Shown: positions 37,779 to 48,792, counted from the first letter of the stretch. The stretch is DNA of 64,000 nt from Alphaproteobacteria bacterium (GCA_031367485.1 JANLPX010000087.1:3477-67476); one strand, 5' to 3'. Translations and numbers: made by a program. Notes: generated from the sequence alone by a model not told the origin.

Positions 37779-39425
37779 TCAGCTGGCGATACGCAGGTTG
37801 TCGATCGACCCAGCGATGGCGTCGAATGCCGCACCGAGCTGTGAGACGTCCTGCACGTCGTAGAACTTGTCGGCGGTTGACGCACAGTTCTGGAGCACAG
37901 TCGATGCGCCTGCAGCGACCTCAACTCTGACTGTGTATATTACGATGTCCTTGGCCTTCATATTGGCGCATAGCGCGGCCAACCGATTGTCCATGGCGGT
38001 GGATCGCACTGCACTCGATCCGCTGGTGATGCCAAGTATGTTCTGCCAGATGTAGCCCAATGCGCTGTAGTAAGACTTATTCTGCTCTGAATTGGAGCTC
38101 GGATCGCCCATCGTGTTGTCGCCGTCCGTCATCAAGATGACGATCTTGCGCAGGTGGGTAGTGCCGTAGGGTGATCCATCGGAAAAGGGTGCGTTGGGGG
38201 TTAGGGAATGCCAACCCCACATCATGCCCAAGGGAATGTTGGTATCGCCAACCGCAACCATACTGTCGATGGCCGTCTTGATTGAGGCCGTATCGGTGGT
38301 CAGGCGGATGATCTGCTGCAAGGTGCAGCCAGCATTGGGGCCATAGGCGTAGCCCGTACCCGATTGGGTTCCGGCCTTAGGGGCCACGGTGTATTTCGGT
38401 GCATACTGCTCGCGGGTTTTCCAGGACGCTGATGCCGAAACGTCATTGAGATAATTGTTAGGATAGCCAGAGAAGCCGGCGCTAGAGTCCGGCTCGTCAG
38501 GCCAGAAGAATGGAACGAACATCGTTGCGGCGGTCGCTACGGTGGGCGCAGTTTCCTGGATGTCATAGGGCTGACGACGGGTTTCGACGCAGCCGGCCCA
38601 GGGCTGTTGCGCCATCTGCTTTAGCATCGTGAAGCGATCCGTCTGGACGTTGAACGCATCAAACGCGACGCCCGCAGCTACGTGGGCCTTGCCTTGCGGA
38701 TCCAGCCAGGTCGGGAACCCTGCGCCACTATGGGTGACGGTGTTATAGGCATTTGTCGCCGTCGAACCCTGAACACGGACGGTCATGGAAAATGGGACCA
38801 GCGCGACCTTAAGGGGTGTAGGATCGGTGCTGCGTGCAGCCGCCGCGACGAGCTTGTCTATTAGACTCTTACCGGCGGATTTCAGGGTACTGAGCTTGAC
38901 GCCTGCCATCGATCCAGTGTTGTCGAGAACCAACGCTATCTCGAGTCGATCCACCGCGCGGACCACCGAGGCATTGGCCTTGATGTTTCCGTGCGGCCAC
39001 AAGCCCGGCGCAATCGCCGAGGGCGTAACTTCGGCATATCCCGTCACCGTTTCGCCAGTCAGCGTGAAGTTGGAGGATACAAGAGTCACGCCAGAGGGCA
39101 GGATGAGGTTGGACGTAAGGGATTTATCGCCAACGACGTCTACCTGGGCAGTCGTGGTCCCCGTCGAGCGGGCGGCAAAAAGAGTGGCTGCGTCTAGGGC
39201 GTCTTGAAGCTCATTTCGTTGGCTGGAGGCTGTGTAAACATCCATGACGCCCAGGGTGAGCGGAGCGAGAACGGCGAGCGATAATGCGAAGAACACCGCC
39301 ACAGCCCCGCGGCGATCACGCATGCCAGCGGTAGCACCCGACCAGTTGGTCACGATGCGCTGCAATCGACGAGTAATTCTCAGTTGCTTTCGCACGGGTT
39401 TAGATCCCTGCTCACGGAACGTCAC
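37779..39425 (-). CDS. TadG-like pilin-module plus vWA-domain protein (CpaL-like)
   Basis: RRGAVAVFFAL pilin-like segment, LQDALDAA, LVLDNTGSM MIDAS, ILMTDG. Start uncertain. Confidence 0.8.
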   Translation of the reverse strand: MTFREQGSKPVRKQLRITRRLQRIVTNWSGATAGMRDRRGAVAVFFALSLAVLAPLTLGVMDVYTASSQRNELQDALDAATLFAARSTGTTTAQVDVVGDKSLTSNLILPSGVTLVSSNFTLTGETVTGYAEVTPSAIAPGLWPHGNIKANASVVRAVDRLEIALVLDNTGSMAGVKLSTLKSAGKSLIDKLVAAAARSTDPTPLKVALVPFSMTVRVQGSTATNAYNTVTHSGAGFPTWLDPQGKAHVAAGVAFDAFNVQTDRFTMLKQMAQQPWAGCVETRRQPYDIQETAPTVATAATMFVPFFWPDEPDSSAGFSGYPNNYLNDVSASASWKTREQYAPKYTVAPKAGTQSGTGYAYGPNAGCTLQQIIRLTTDTASIKTAIDSMVAVGDTNIPLGMMWGWHSLTPNAPFSDGSPYGTTHLRKIVILMTDGDNTMGDPSSNSEQNKSYYSALGYIWQNILGITSGSSAVRSTAMDNRLAALCANMKAKDIVIYTVRVEVAAGASTVLQNCASTADKFYDVQDVSQLGAAFDAIAGSIDNLRIAS

Positions 39426-39488
39426 GGCAGGATGGGCGAACAGCGTAAAGGAATCAGCTTCAGGAAAAGGTAAAATTTAAGTTCATAC

Positions 39489-39503
39489 TGAATGCGCGGT
39501 TAA
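39489..39503 (-). promoter_or_regulatory. Near-consensus CtrA box
   Basis: TTAA-ccgcgca-TTCA upstream of the Tad-like gene (one mismatch). Confidence 0.45.
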
Positions 39504-39595
39504 ACATGTCGTCCACCCAAGCGGACCCCGATTGACGACCATGCCGCTTTAGCTTCCCATCAAGATTGGACAGACTGGTATTTGGAGATTTGGTC

Positions 39596-42500
39596 ATGGC
39601 GACGAATGAAGAGACGCCGCAGGCCAAACCCTCGACACCAAGCAGCCGCGCCCAGGGTTGGTGGCGACAGCTCAAGACTGGGCGGTTTGCAGGTCTAGTC
39701 GCGGCCGGAGCGCTCCTAACTGCTTTTGGCGGAGGCTATTTGGCCGCACACGGGGTGGAGACTTGGTCTAAGCCTGGGGTGTCAGGGGTATCGGTGCCGG
39801 GACCTTCGGGCTGGTCATTGTTTGGTCACCCCCGAGGGGCGAATGCGCCACGCCGAGGCGTTTCTAAACCGGAAGGGTTTGCCGTCTGGCGGACACGTAT
39901 TGACGGCTCACAAGCTGAGCCAATGGCTTGTGTCGAGCTGACCAAGCCTCTTGATCCGGGAAAATCCTACGCCGATTACGTCCTTGTCGCGCCCGATTTG
40001 GGCCACGCGCCGGCCGTGTCTGTCAAAGGCTCAGAGCTGTGTATTGGCGGCGTGGGCTTTAGTGATCGACGGGTGACTTTGCTCAAGGGATTGCCAGGAA
40101 AGAATGGCGACCTGCTCGCGGCCAATGCGGATGTGGATTTCACCTTTGGCGAAAAACCACCTTATGTCGGGTTCGCTGGTGAGGGTGTCATCCTGCCGCG
40201 CGAAGATTCAGACGGTATTGGGATCGAAACCGTCAACGTCACACGCCTGCATATAGAGGTTTGGCGTGTGGCTGACCGCAATCTGGTCCGCAAGTCCATC
40301 AGCGCGCCCGAGCCAGTCGGTGAGGGTGACTACGCCTATGAGTACGGTGAAGACAGTCCCGATGATGAGGGTCGAATCGTTTGGAAAGGCGATGTTGACG
40401 TTAAGGCGACGGGTGAAGGCACACGAGCGACAACCGTATTCCCGCTAGGCGCCGTACTTAAGGACATGAAGGCGGGCGGTTATGTCATTAAGGCCCGAGA
40501 TATCTCCGGGGGTCGCGACCCCGAAAACGCCGATCAAAACGATGCCAGCCCGCCGGCCCAAGCGCGCCGATGGGTAATGTTCACTGATATGGCGCTGTCG
40601 GCCTATGACGGCTCGGAAGCTTTGGATGTCGTGGTCCGCTCGCTGAAGACTGCTCGCGTTATATCTGCGACCAAGGTTTCGCTGGTCGCGCGTAATGGCG
40701 AAGACTTAGCTCAGGCTACCAGCGACGCCAGGGGCCGGGTCCGCTTTGACCACGCACTATTGGAGGGCGAAGGCCCGACCGACGCCAAGATGGTCATGGC
40801 CTACGGTCCGCAGGGCGATCTGGCAGTTCTGGATTTAGATCGGGCACCAGTGGATCTTTCGAAGCAGGGTATCGGCGGCCGCACCTCCGACGCCGATAGC
40901 TCGGAGGGTCGAAAGGCCGCAAATCTGGTCGATGCCTATATCTATGCTGATCGGGGCATCTATCGGCCTGGCGAGGTCGTACACATCAACGCTTTGCTGC
41001 GAGATCGAGAGGTCAAGGCCGTTAAGGGGCGGAAGGGCTCGGTGCTCATCTTGCGGCCCTCCGGCGTTGAATTTCGGCGTTTTCCCTTTGCGGATGCGCC
41101 CCAAGGATCTGTCGGCGCCGATGTTGTTCTTCCAAAGAGCGCGCCGCGTGGCCGTTGGGCAGCAAGGATTGAAATTGACGGCCTTGAGCGCCCCGTTGGG
41201 GAGATGTCATTCCAGGTCGAAGACTTTGCCCCTCAACGTTTAGCGGTCACGGCAACGGGCCAAGATGGCGTACCGGTCAAAGCCGGGGAAATTCGCAACG
41301 TGGCTATTCAAGCCCGGTTTCTTTACGGTGCGGCAGGGGTTGGTCTTCAAACCCAGGGCGAGGCGCGGTTGAAAGTCGACCCCAACCCCTTCCCGCAATT
41401 CAAGGACTATCAATGGGGCGATCAGGTTTCGCCCTTCGAAGAGAAATACCTTGATCTCGGATCAAGCGTTACTGATGGAGAGGGACGGGCTGTCTCTGCG
41501 CTGAACGCGGCCGAGGCCGGCCAAACCGCGCAACCTTTACAGGCCCTGTTTACAACCAGTGTCTTTGAACCGGGCGGGCGACCCGTTCGCGAAAGCTTAG
41601 ATCTCAAAGTTCGTACTCAGTCAGTATACCTAGGCGTCAAGGTCGATCCCGGTGACAGTAGCGGCAACGGGGATCCCACCGTCGCACTTGATATCATTGC
41701 GGCTGACGCGGACGGGAAGCGCGTGGCAGCCAACGCGGTCACCTATACGCTGATCGCCGAGAACTGGGACTATGACTGGTTCCAGCAGGACGGCCGCTGG
41801 CAATGGCGGCGCACCAGCCGCGATAGTGTTGTGCAAAAGGGCTCATTCAACATCGCGGGCGCAACCCCGGCGAGGTTAGCCCGTCGACTTGGCTGGGGTG
41901 ACTATCGCCTAGAACTGACGGCCGCCAGCGGGGCTCGGACGGTGGTTCGGTTTGCCTCCGGCTGGGGGGCCGCCACCAAAGACGTTGAGGCCCCTGACTT
42001 CGTTCGGGTCAGTGCGGGGACCAAGCCCTATGCCCAAGGCGATACTGTCGAGCTCACCCTGAAACCGCCCTATGGTGGGGAAGCTCAGATTGCTGTGGCA
42101 ACGGATCGGCTGATCGATTTTCAGACCGTCTCGGTAGGCAAGGGCGGGACCACTGTGCGTTTCAAGACCAGTGGCGCCTGGGGCGGTGGTGCCTATGTGA
42201 TGGTCAGCGTGATGCAGCCGCGCGACCCCGTGGCCTCACCGAAGCCTCGACGCGCCTTGGGCATGATCTATGTGCCCCTTGATCCTAAGAACAGGCGGCT
42301 GACGGTCGAACTAAGTACGCCCAGTAAGCTGGATTCCAGGTCCATGATCAACGTGCCGATCTCGATCACTGGCGCAGGTTTCGGAGGTCGTGCGCGCGTG
42401 ACCCTATCTGCAGTCGATGAGGGCATTCTGCAGCTAACGAAGTTCAAAAGCCCAGATCCGGTCGCTTGGTTTTTCGGGAAGAAGGCGCTGACCCTGGACT

Positions 42501-44644
42501 ACCGCGATGACTATGGACGTCTGTTGGATCCAAACCTTGGTGCTCCGGCGAATGTGAACTTCGGGGGCGATGAAATCGGTGGTCAGGGTCTGACAACGAC
42601 GCCGATCAAGACAGTGGCAATCTGGTCAGGCGTCGTCGAAACCGGGCCGGACGGCAAGGCTGTCATCAAGCTTCCGGCTGCCGAGTTTAATGGTGAGCTG
42701 CGCTTGATGGCCGTGGCGTGGACCGACACCGCCGTGGGTGGGACATCCAAGCCGATGACGGTTCGCGAGGCGGTTGTCGCCGATCTGTCGCTGCCACGCT
42801 TCCTGGCTCCGGGTGATCGCGCCTTTGCAACGCTTGAACTCCATAATCTGGAGGGAAAGGCAGGGTCCTATTTGGCGCAAATGACCTCTACGGGAGGAGT
42901 CTTCGCTCCTTTTAAGAAGGCCTTCCAACTGGCGCTCGGACAACGGATCGCCGAGCACATTGCTTTCAACGCACCAGATCATGCAGGGATCGGTAAGGTG
43001 GGATTCTCGGTCAGTGGCCCCGGTTTCTCGACGGCTAAAGACTATCCCATTCAGACTAGGTTAGGTTGGAGCGCGATTACCCGGACGACCAGCGCCTTGC
43101 AGAAAACCGGCGAGACCTACACACCGACCGCTGATCTTATATCCGGATTGGCAGCCGGCGATGTTTCGCTCCAAGTCAGCTATTCGCCATTTCGCGGGTT
43201 CGATCCTGGACCTATTGCGGCAGCGCTATCACGCTACCCTTACGGCTGCACCGAGCAGACAGTCTCCACGGCCTATCCCTTGATCTATGCCGATGAGATC
43301 AATGTCGATCCCAAGCTTCGGCGCAGTTCAGCGGCTCTGGCTGTCGCGGTCGGAAAGCTGCTAGACCGCCAGACTCTGGATGGCGCTTTCGGACTCTGGA
43401 GAGTGGGTGACGGGGAGGCTGATGCCTGGCTTGGTGCCTATGCAACTGACTTCCTGATCGAGGCGCAGCGCTCAGGCGCGCCGGTTCCCAAGGAGGCAAT
43501 TGATCGCGCATTGGGGGCTATGCGGCTGATATCTAGGCCTGATGGTTGGAGCTCGGTCTCCTATCGGCTTGAGTACCCCTCAGGTTGGGCTGGGTCTGCC
43601 GCGGCGAGTAAGCAGGCCACTGAGGCACTGCGCAGTCGCGCCTCTGCCTATGCCCTTTACGTGTTGGCAAAGGGGGGTCGTGGGGACTTAGCTCGCCTGC
43701 GCTGGTGGCATGACGTGCAAATGAAATCCGAGGCCTCACCCTTGGCCAAAGCCCAAGTCGGTGCCGGGTTGGCGATGATGGGGGATCGCGCCAGGGGTCG
43801 CTCGGCTTTGAAACAAGCTATTTCAACGCTGGGGTATCGTAGAGACGATGACTGGTATCAAAGCCCGTTGCGGGACCTCGCTGCGGTCATTGCGCTGGCC
43901 TACGAGGCTGGTGAACCCGACCTTGCCCGGTCTCTCCAGGGTCGATTGGAAAATGCCGTCAAAGATCCTGACAGCCTGAACACCCAAGAACAGGCGCGGT
44001 TGTTACAGGCGGCGCACTTCATGCTGAAAGCCGTCGGGCCGACGAAGGTGACCGCAACGGGGGCTTATTCCGTGGCAAGTTCGGGTCAGGCTCCACGCTG
44101 GGCAGTGGGGAAGCTCGCCAGTGCCCGCTTCATGAATACGGGAAGTTCCGTCTGGCGAATGGTCACGGTAACAGGGACCCCTGTTTCAGCACCCGCGCCC
44201 CAGCAGACGGGGCTGCAACTCTCCAAGCGCCTATTGTCATTCACCGGGGGACCGGTTGATCCTTCAACCCTGCATCAGGGTGATCGCGTCATTGTGGTGG
44301 TCACGGGTCGGTCTGCGCAGGCGCGATCAATGGCTTTGGTCGTGGACGATCCCTTGCCGGCCGGCTTCGAGATTGAAACCACGCTCGGCCCTGATGATGC
44401 TCAAGCTGGTCCATTCCGCTTCCTGGGAGAGCTTTCGAGCGCCGATGTTCAAGAAAGTCGCGATGATCGATATATCGCCGCGATCGACCTCCCTGGGAAA
44501 TCGAGCTTCAGCTTTGCCTATGTCGCCCGCGCCGTGACACCTGGTGAGTTTCTGCTTCCCGGAGCTCAGGCACGCGATATGTACCGCCCAGCTCTCAACG
44601 CGCGGACTGCCGCCAGCCGCGTGGCCATCGCGCCGGGCCCGTGA
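39596..44644 (+). CDS. Bacterial alpha-2-macroglobulin
   Basis: DRGIYRPGE, AVDEGIL, FNGELRLMAVA, LPRFLAPGD, thioester YPYGCTEQ; followed by pbpC. Confidence 0.95.
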   Translation: MATNEETPQAKPSTPSSRAQGWWRQLKTGRFAGLVAAGALLTAFGGGYLAAHGVETWSKPGVSGVSVPGPSGWSLFGHPRGANAPRRGVSKPEGFAVWRTRIDGSQAEPMACVELTKPLDPGKSYADYVLVAPDLGHAPAVSVKGSELCIGGVGFSDRRVTLLKGLPGKNGDLLAANADVDFTFGEKPPYVGFAGEGVILPREDSDGIGIETVNVTRLHIEVWRVADRNLVRKSISAPEPVGEGDYAYEYGEDSPDDEGRIVWKGDVDVKATGEGTRATTVFPLGAVLKDMKAGGYVIKARDISGGRDPENADQNDASPPAQARRWVMFTDMALSAYDGSEALDVVVRSLKTARVISATKVSLVARNGEDLAQATSDARGRVRFDHALLEGEGPTDAKMVMAYGPQGDLAVLDLDRAPVDLSKQGIGGRTSDADSSEGRKAANLVDAYIYADRGIYRPGEVVHINALLRDREVKAVKGRKGSVLILRPSGVEFRRFPFADAPQGSVGADVVLPKSAPRGRWAARIEIDGLERPVGEMSFQVEDFAPQRLAVTATGQDGVPVKAGEIRNVAIQARFLYGAAGVGLQTQGEARLKVDPNPFPQFKDYQWGDQVSPFEEKYLDLGSSVTDGEGRAVSALNAAEAGQTAQPLQALFTTSVFEPGGRPVRESLDLKVRTQSVYLGVKVDPGDSSGNGDPTVALDIIAADADGKRVAANAVTYTLIAENWDYDWFQQDGRWQWRRTSRDSVVQKGSFNIAGATPARLARRLGWGDYRLELTAASGARTVVRFASGWGAATKDVEAPDFVRVSAGTKPYAQGDTVELTLKPPYGGEAQIAVATDRLIDFQTVSVGKGGTTVRFKTSGAWGGGAYVMVSVMQPRDPVASPKPRRALGMIYVPLDPKNRRLTVELSTPSKLDSRSMINVPISITGAGFGGRARVTLSAVDEGILQLTKFKSPDPVAWFFGKKALTLDYRDDYGRLLDPNLGAPANVNFGGDEIGGQGLTTTPIKTVAIWSGVVETGPDGKAVIKLPAAEFNGELRLMAVAWTDTAVGGTSKPMTVREAVVADLSLPRFLAPGDRAFATLELHNLEGKAGSYLAQMTSTGGVFAPFKKAFQLALGQRIAEHIAFNAPDHAGIGKVGFSVSGPGFSTAKDYPIQTRLGWSAITRTTSALQKTGETYTPTADLISGLAAGDVSLQVSYSPFRGFDPGPIAAALSRYPYGCTEQTVSTAYPLIYADEINVDPKLRRSSAALAVAVGKLLDRQTLDGAFGLWRVGDGEADAWLGAYATDFLIEAQRSGAPVPKEAIDRALGAMRLISRPDGWSSVSYRLEYPSGWAGSAAASKQATEALRSRASAYALYVLAKGGRGDLARLRWWHDVQMKSEASPLAKAQVGAGLAMMGDRARGRSALKQAISTLGYRRDDDWYQSPLRDLAAVIALAYEAGEPDLARSLQGRLENAVKDPDSLNTQEQARLLQAAHFMLKAVGPTKVTATGAYSVASSGQAPRWAVGKLASARFMNTGSSVWRMVTVTGTPVSAPAPQQTGLQLSKRLLSFTGGPVDPSTLHQGDRVIVVVTGRSAQARSMALVVDDPLPAGFEIETTLGPDDAQAGPFRFLGELSSADVQESRDDRYIAAIDLPGKSSFSFAYVARAVTPGEFLLPGAQARDMYRPALNARTAASRVAIAPGP

Positions 44645-46737
44645 TCGGAGAAAATGCGACAAAGTCTAGGGTAGCCCCGCAGGAAGGCCGGGAAGATAGG
44701 CGGACACCACATCTCGTTCTAGGCCTCGTTGGTTTGCTTGCGTTCGAGGTGCTGGTCGCAACTCTGGACCTTGCACTGCCTCCAAATATGGCCCGCGCGG
44801 AGCATGCTTCACCGGTCGCATTGGATCGGTACGGTGCCTGGCTTCGGGCGTTGCCCGTGGAGAATGGACGTTGGCGGATTAGGGCCGATCTCGCTCGAAC
44901 CGACCCCGTCTTTCAAAGACGACTGATCGCAATTGAGGATCGCAGGTTCTGGTATCACCCCGGCGTCGATCCCGTCGCGCTCGTAAGGGCCATAGGATCT
45001 GCAGTGGTGCACGGGCGGCCAACCTCAGGGGCATCGACCCTGACCATGCAGACGGCACGCCTGCTGGAGCCGCGACGCAGAACCCTTAGCGCCAAGATCA
45101 TCGAGATGGTGCGCAGTCTGCAAATCGAGGCGCGGTTATCCAAACCAGACCTATTGGCACTTTATTTGACCCTCACCCCCTATGGCGGCAACCTGGAAGG
45201 TGTCCGAGCCGCAAGCCTTTCCTATTTCGGCCACGAACCCCAGAGTCTCACCCTGGGCGAGCAAGCCCTGCTCATTGCGCTGCCCCAATCGCCGGAAACC
45301 CGACGACCTGATCGGCGGCCAGATGTTGCGCGCCATGCGAGGCGGGCTGTTTTGGACAAGATGGTACGCGCTCATCTGATCACCGAAGTTGAAGCCGCGG
45401 AGGCCGATGGAGAATCCCTACCGACACGCACGCCTTTCCCCGCCCTGGCTTGGCATGTTGCGGGCGAGCTCGCACGCTCGGCTCCGACCAGCCAAGCCTC
45501 TATAGTCTCCACCCTGGACGCTAGCCTGCAGAGGCGCTTGGAGCCGCTGGCCGCACGCGTCGCCAAGGCTCAGGGGCCAGGGGACACCGCCGCGATCCTA
45601 GTCATCGATATTCCAACAAGGGGTGTCAGGGCTGCTGTCGGCTCGGGTGGATTGGATCGCCAAGGCGGTTGGATCGACATGACCCGGGCGGTGCGGTCAC
45701 CGGGGTCTTCGCTAAAGCCCTTCATCTATGGTCTGGCCTTTGATGACGGCATTGCTGCACCAGATACGGTGCTCGATGACGCACCTCGCCGATTTGCTGA
45801 CTACCAGCCTGAGAATTTTGACCGCGTGTTTCACGGCAAGGTCAGCGCACGGGAAGCTCTTTCCCATTCTTTGAATGTACCAGCCGTGGCGCTACTGCAA
45901 AAAATTGATCCGGCCAGCTTTGAAGCTCGCCTTGCTGCCGCCGGCGTAGTGCTCGTTCGCCCAAAGTCGCAGACCCGGACACCGGGTTTGGCGCTAGCCT
46001 TGGGCGGCGTCGGCATCACGCTGCGCGACCTCGCGAAGCTCTACGCTGCTCTAGGTGACGATGGCGTGGTCAAGCCTTTGGCTTGGACGCAAGCCGAGGC
46101 GGTCAATCGCCAGGGCCAGCCTGGAAAGCGCCTAATGGCCGCCAAGGCCGCCCAGCAGGTACTAGACATCTTGCGAGAAACGCCACCCCCAGCCGGGGTG
46201 ACAGCCTCAGTTCTAACCAAGAGCCGCCCCTTGATGGCTTTCAAGACCGGCACGTCTTACGGCTTTCGGGACGCTGTGGCCGCTGGGGTTGTCGGGCACT
46301 ATGTGATCGTCGTTTGGACCGGTCGGGCGGACGGCGGCGCACGCGGCGGCTTGACGGGACGAGACGCCGCCCTGCCCTTGCTATTCGATGTCGCAGATCT
46401 GCTGGACGCACCCGCCAATGCACCACGCCCCATCGCGCCGAAACAAGCACCGCAGGCCTTGGCAACCTTGCAACGGGTCGATGATGGTCCTCGCCTGATC
46501 TTCCCCCCTGACCGCGCCACCGTGCGGGTCGAAGCCTTTGGGCCAAAGTCGCGCGGATTGGTCCTGGCGGCGGGGGGCGAGAATCTGTCTTGGTACGTGG
46601 ATGGTGCGCCCTTAAGCGCCGACAGCGTCAGCGGCCGCGTCGTTTGGCGGCCAGCAGGGGCGGGCTTTTACCGACTAACGGTTTCGGACGACGAAGGCCG
46701 CAAGGTCACGTCCAAGGTGCGAATATTAGGCAACTAG
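44641..46737 (+). CDS. pbpC: Penicillin-binding protein 1C
   Basis: EDRRF, GASTLTMQ, PGSSLKP (SxxK), SLN, KTGTSYG; coupled to the A2M gene. Confidence 0.93.
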   Translation: MIGENATKSRVAPQEGREDRRTPHLVLGLVGLLAFEVLVATLDLALPPNMARAEHASPVALDRYGAWLRALPVENGRWRIRADLARTDPVFQRRLIAIEDRRFWYHPGVDPVALVRAIGSAVVHGRPTSGASTLTMQTARLLEPRRRTLSAKIIEMVRSLQIEARLSKPDLLALYLTLTPYGGNLEGVRAASLSYFGHEPQSLTLGEQALLIALPQSPETRRPDRRPDVARHARRAVLDKMVRAHLITEVEAAEADGESLPTRTPFPALAWHVAGELARSAPTSQASIVSTLDASLQRRLEPLAARVAKAQGPGDTAAILVIDIPTRGVRAAVGSGGLDRQGGWIDMTRAVRSPGSSLKPFIYGLAFDDGIAAPDTVLDDAPRRFADYQPENFDRVFHGKVSAREALSHSLNVPAVALLQKIDPASFEARLAAAGVVLVRPKSQTRTPGLALALGGVGITLRDLAKLYAALGDDGVVKPLAWTQAEAVNRQGQPGKRLMAAKAAQQVLDILRETPPPAGVTASVLTKSRPLMAFKTGTSYGFRDAVAAGVVGHYVIVVWTGRADGGARGGLTGRDAALPLLFDVADLLDAPANAPRPIAPKQAPQALATLQRVDDGPRLIFPPDRATVRVEAFGPKSRGLVLAAGGENLSWYVDGAPLSADSVSGRVVWRPAGAGFYRLTVSDDEGRKVTSKVRILGN

Positions 46738-47345
46738 AGCTCTTCTAGTGCAGCTTGGTCGGCAACGCTGACATTCAAATCGGTCACCAATCCGTTCGCC
46801 AGCGAATAAACCCATCCGTGAACGCAGAGGCTCTGGCCGCGCGCCCAGGCATCCTGAACGAACACGTCGGAAGCGACGTTCTTCACCTGTCGCATGACAT
46901 TGAGCTCGCAGAGCCGGTCGAGGCGAGGACGGCCATCCGCTAGGCGCTCGAGTTCTTGGCGATTGTCGGCATAGACTTCGCGGATTGGGTGGAGCCAGTG
47001 ATCCACCAGACCGCGTCTTTGCCCATCCACCGCAGCGGCCACGCCACCGCAGCCATAATGGCCAACGACCATAATGTGTTTGACCTTGAGCACATCCACG
47101 GCGAACTGCAACACTGACAGGTAGTTGGCGTCCTGAGGTGGGGCGAGATTGGCGACGTTGCGGTGAACGAACAGTTCGCCGGGATCGAGCGCCACAATGT
47201 CGTTGGCGGGCACGCGGCTGTCAGAACAGCCGATCCATAGATATTCTGGGCTCTGCTGTTCGGATAGGCGTTTGAAAAAGCCCGGATCCGCAGCGAGCTT
47301 GCCAGCGGCCCACCGCCTATTATTGCCTTTCAAGTCTTCGAGCAT
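46734..47345 (-). CDS. can: Beta-class carbonic anhydrase
   Basis: IGCSDSRVP, FVHRNVAN, GHYGCGG. Confidence 0.95.
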   Translation of the reverse strand: MLEDLKGNNRRWAAGKLAADPGFFKRLSEQQSPEYLWIGCSDSRVPANDIVALDPGELFVHRNVANLAPPQDANYLSVLQFAVDVLKVKHIMVVGHYGCGGVAAAVDGQRRGLVDHWLHPIREVYADNRQELERLADGRPRLDRLCELNVMRQVKNVASDVFVQDAWARGQSLCVHGWVYSLANGLVTDLNVSVADQAALEEL

Positions 47346-47350
47346 CAGGC

Positions 47351-47998
47351 TCAGACCTTCTGCGCGTCGGGTTGGTTGTCAGGATGTGCGGCCATAAAGG
47401 CCGGATGTTCGACGCAACGCTCAGCCACCGCACGGATCGCGGGATAGGCCGCCAGATCGACCTCATAGCGCTGGGCCGAATAAACCTGAGGGATTAGGCA
47501 GATATCGGCCAAGCTAGGCTGGTCGCCAAAGCAATAGCCAGCACCGTGAGTGGCGATCAATGGCTCCAAGACATTGAATCCGTCCACCATCCATCGCTCC
47601 ATCCACTTCGCCCAGCGCGGGGCCTCGACGCCCATGGCGGCCATGGCGCGGCCGACGCGGGTGTTGTTGAGCGGATGGATGTCGCACGCGATGATGAGGG
47701 CCATGGCGCGGACCCGCGCGCGGTCGCGGGGGTCCTTCGGCAGGAACGCAGGATCCGGCTGAGTCTCGTCCAGCCATTCCAGGATCGCCAAGCTCTGGGT
47801 CATGATCTCTGAGCCATCACCGAGATCAAGCGCCGGAGTCAGGCGTTGAGGATTGATAAGTCGGTAGGCGGCCTTGTGTTGTTCGCCGGCTACCAAGTCG
47901 ACGGGGACATAGTCATAGGCTTGTCCCTTCAACGCCAAGCCGATTCGCACGCGGTAGGGAGCCGTGGCGCGCCACGCGCTATATAGGGTCAGGCTCAT
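47351..47998 (-). CDS. maiA: Maleylacetoacetate/maleylpyruvate isomerase (zeta GST)
   Basis: YRVRI.L.LKG, QSLAI, ACDIHPLNN, ADICLIPQ, AAHPDNQPD. Confidence 0.9.
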   Translation of the reverse strand: MSLTLYSAWRATAPYRVRIGLALKGQAYDYVPVDLVAGEQHKAAYRLINPQRLTPALDLGDGSEIMTQSLAILEWLDETQPDPAFLPKDPRDRARVRAMALIIACDIHPLNNTRVGRAMAAMGVEAPRWAKWMERWMVDGFNVLEPLIATHGAGYCFGDQPSLADICLIPQVYSAQRYEVDLAAYPAIRAVAERCVEHPAFMAAHPDNQPDAQKV

Positions 47999-48678
47999 CC
48001 CGTGACCGTGAAGCTCAGCTGACCGACACCGTCGATCTCGCCCGCAACCTTGTCACCGGAGACCAGAGGTCCGACGCCGTCTGGTGTTCCCGTATAGATC
48101 AAATCACCTGGGGCCAGAGTCCACAGTTTGGAGGCTTCAGCGATGATCTCAGCCACGTTCCAGATCATCAGGGAGACTACCGAGTCCTGCTTGATCGCGC
48201 CGTTGACGGAGATAGTAATGCGGCCTTGGGGTGCTGAACCGGTCCAGGGCTTGATCGCTGAGATAGGGGCGGAGGCGTCGAAGGTCTTGGCTGACTCCCA
48301 GGGTTGACCCTTGTCTTTCGAGGCGTTCTGCAGATCGCGGCGGGTGAGATCAACACCAACGGCATAGCCATAAACCAGGTCCAAGGCCCGCTCGACCGGC
48401 ACATTGGTACCGCCGGACTTGAGGGCCACCACCAACTCAATCTCGTGGTGCAGGTTCTGCGTCACACTGGGATAGGGGACATTTGCGCCCGGCAGAACCA
48501 AACCGTCCGTGGGCTTAGAAAAGAAGAACGGTGGCTCCCGGTCGTCGCCCCCCATCTCGATCCGGTGGGCGGTGTAGTTGCGGCCCACGCAGAGGATACG
48601 GCGGACAGGGAACTGGTCGTTGGTCCCCTGCACGGGCACGGCGATCACGGGGGGAGGCGTCAGCACATATTGGGTCAT
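47995..48678 (-). CDS. Fumarylacetoacetate hydrolase family protein (fumarylpyruvate hydrolase-like)
   Basis: CVGRNY, PFFFSKP, HHEIEL, DLTRRDLQ, GDLIYTGTP. Start ATG 48678. Confidence 0.9.
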   Translation of the reverse strand: MTQYVLTPPPVIAVPVQGTNDQFPVRRILCVGRNYTAHRIEMGGDDREPPFFFSKPTDGLVLPGANVPYPSVTQNLHHEIELVVALKSGGTNVPVERALDLVYGYAVGVDLTRRDLQNASKDKGQPWESAKTFDASAPISAIKPWTGSAPQGRITISVNGAIKQDSVVSLMIWNVAEIIAEASKLWTLAPGDLIYTGTPDGVGPLVSGDKVAGEIDGVGQLSFTVTG

Positions 48679-48792
48679 GCTCCGCCCATACCCCCGCGTC
48701 GCGGCGAAGGGAACCCTGGGCGCATGGTGACTCCGGATTGACAGAGCGCTTTGGCTTGCGCTCCTAGAGCCTAGTTTAGCCGGAAACCGACC

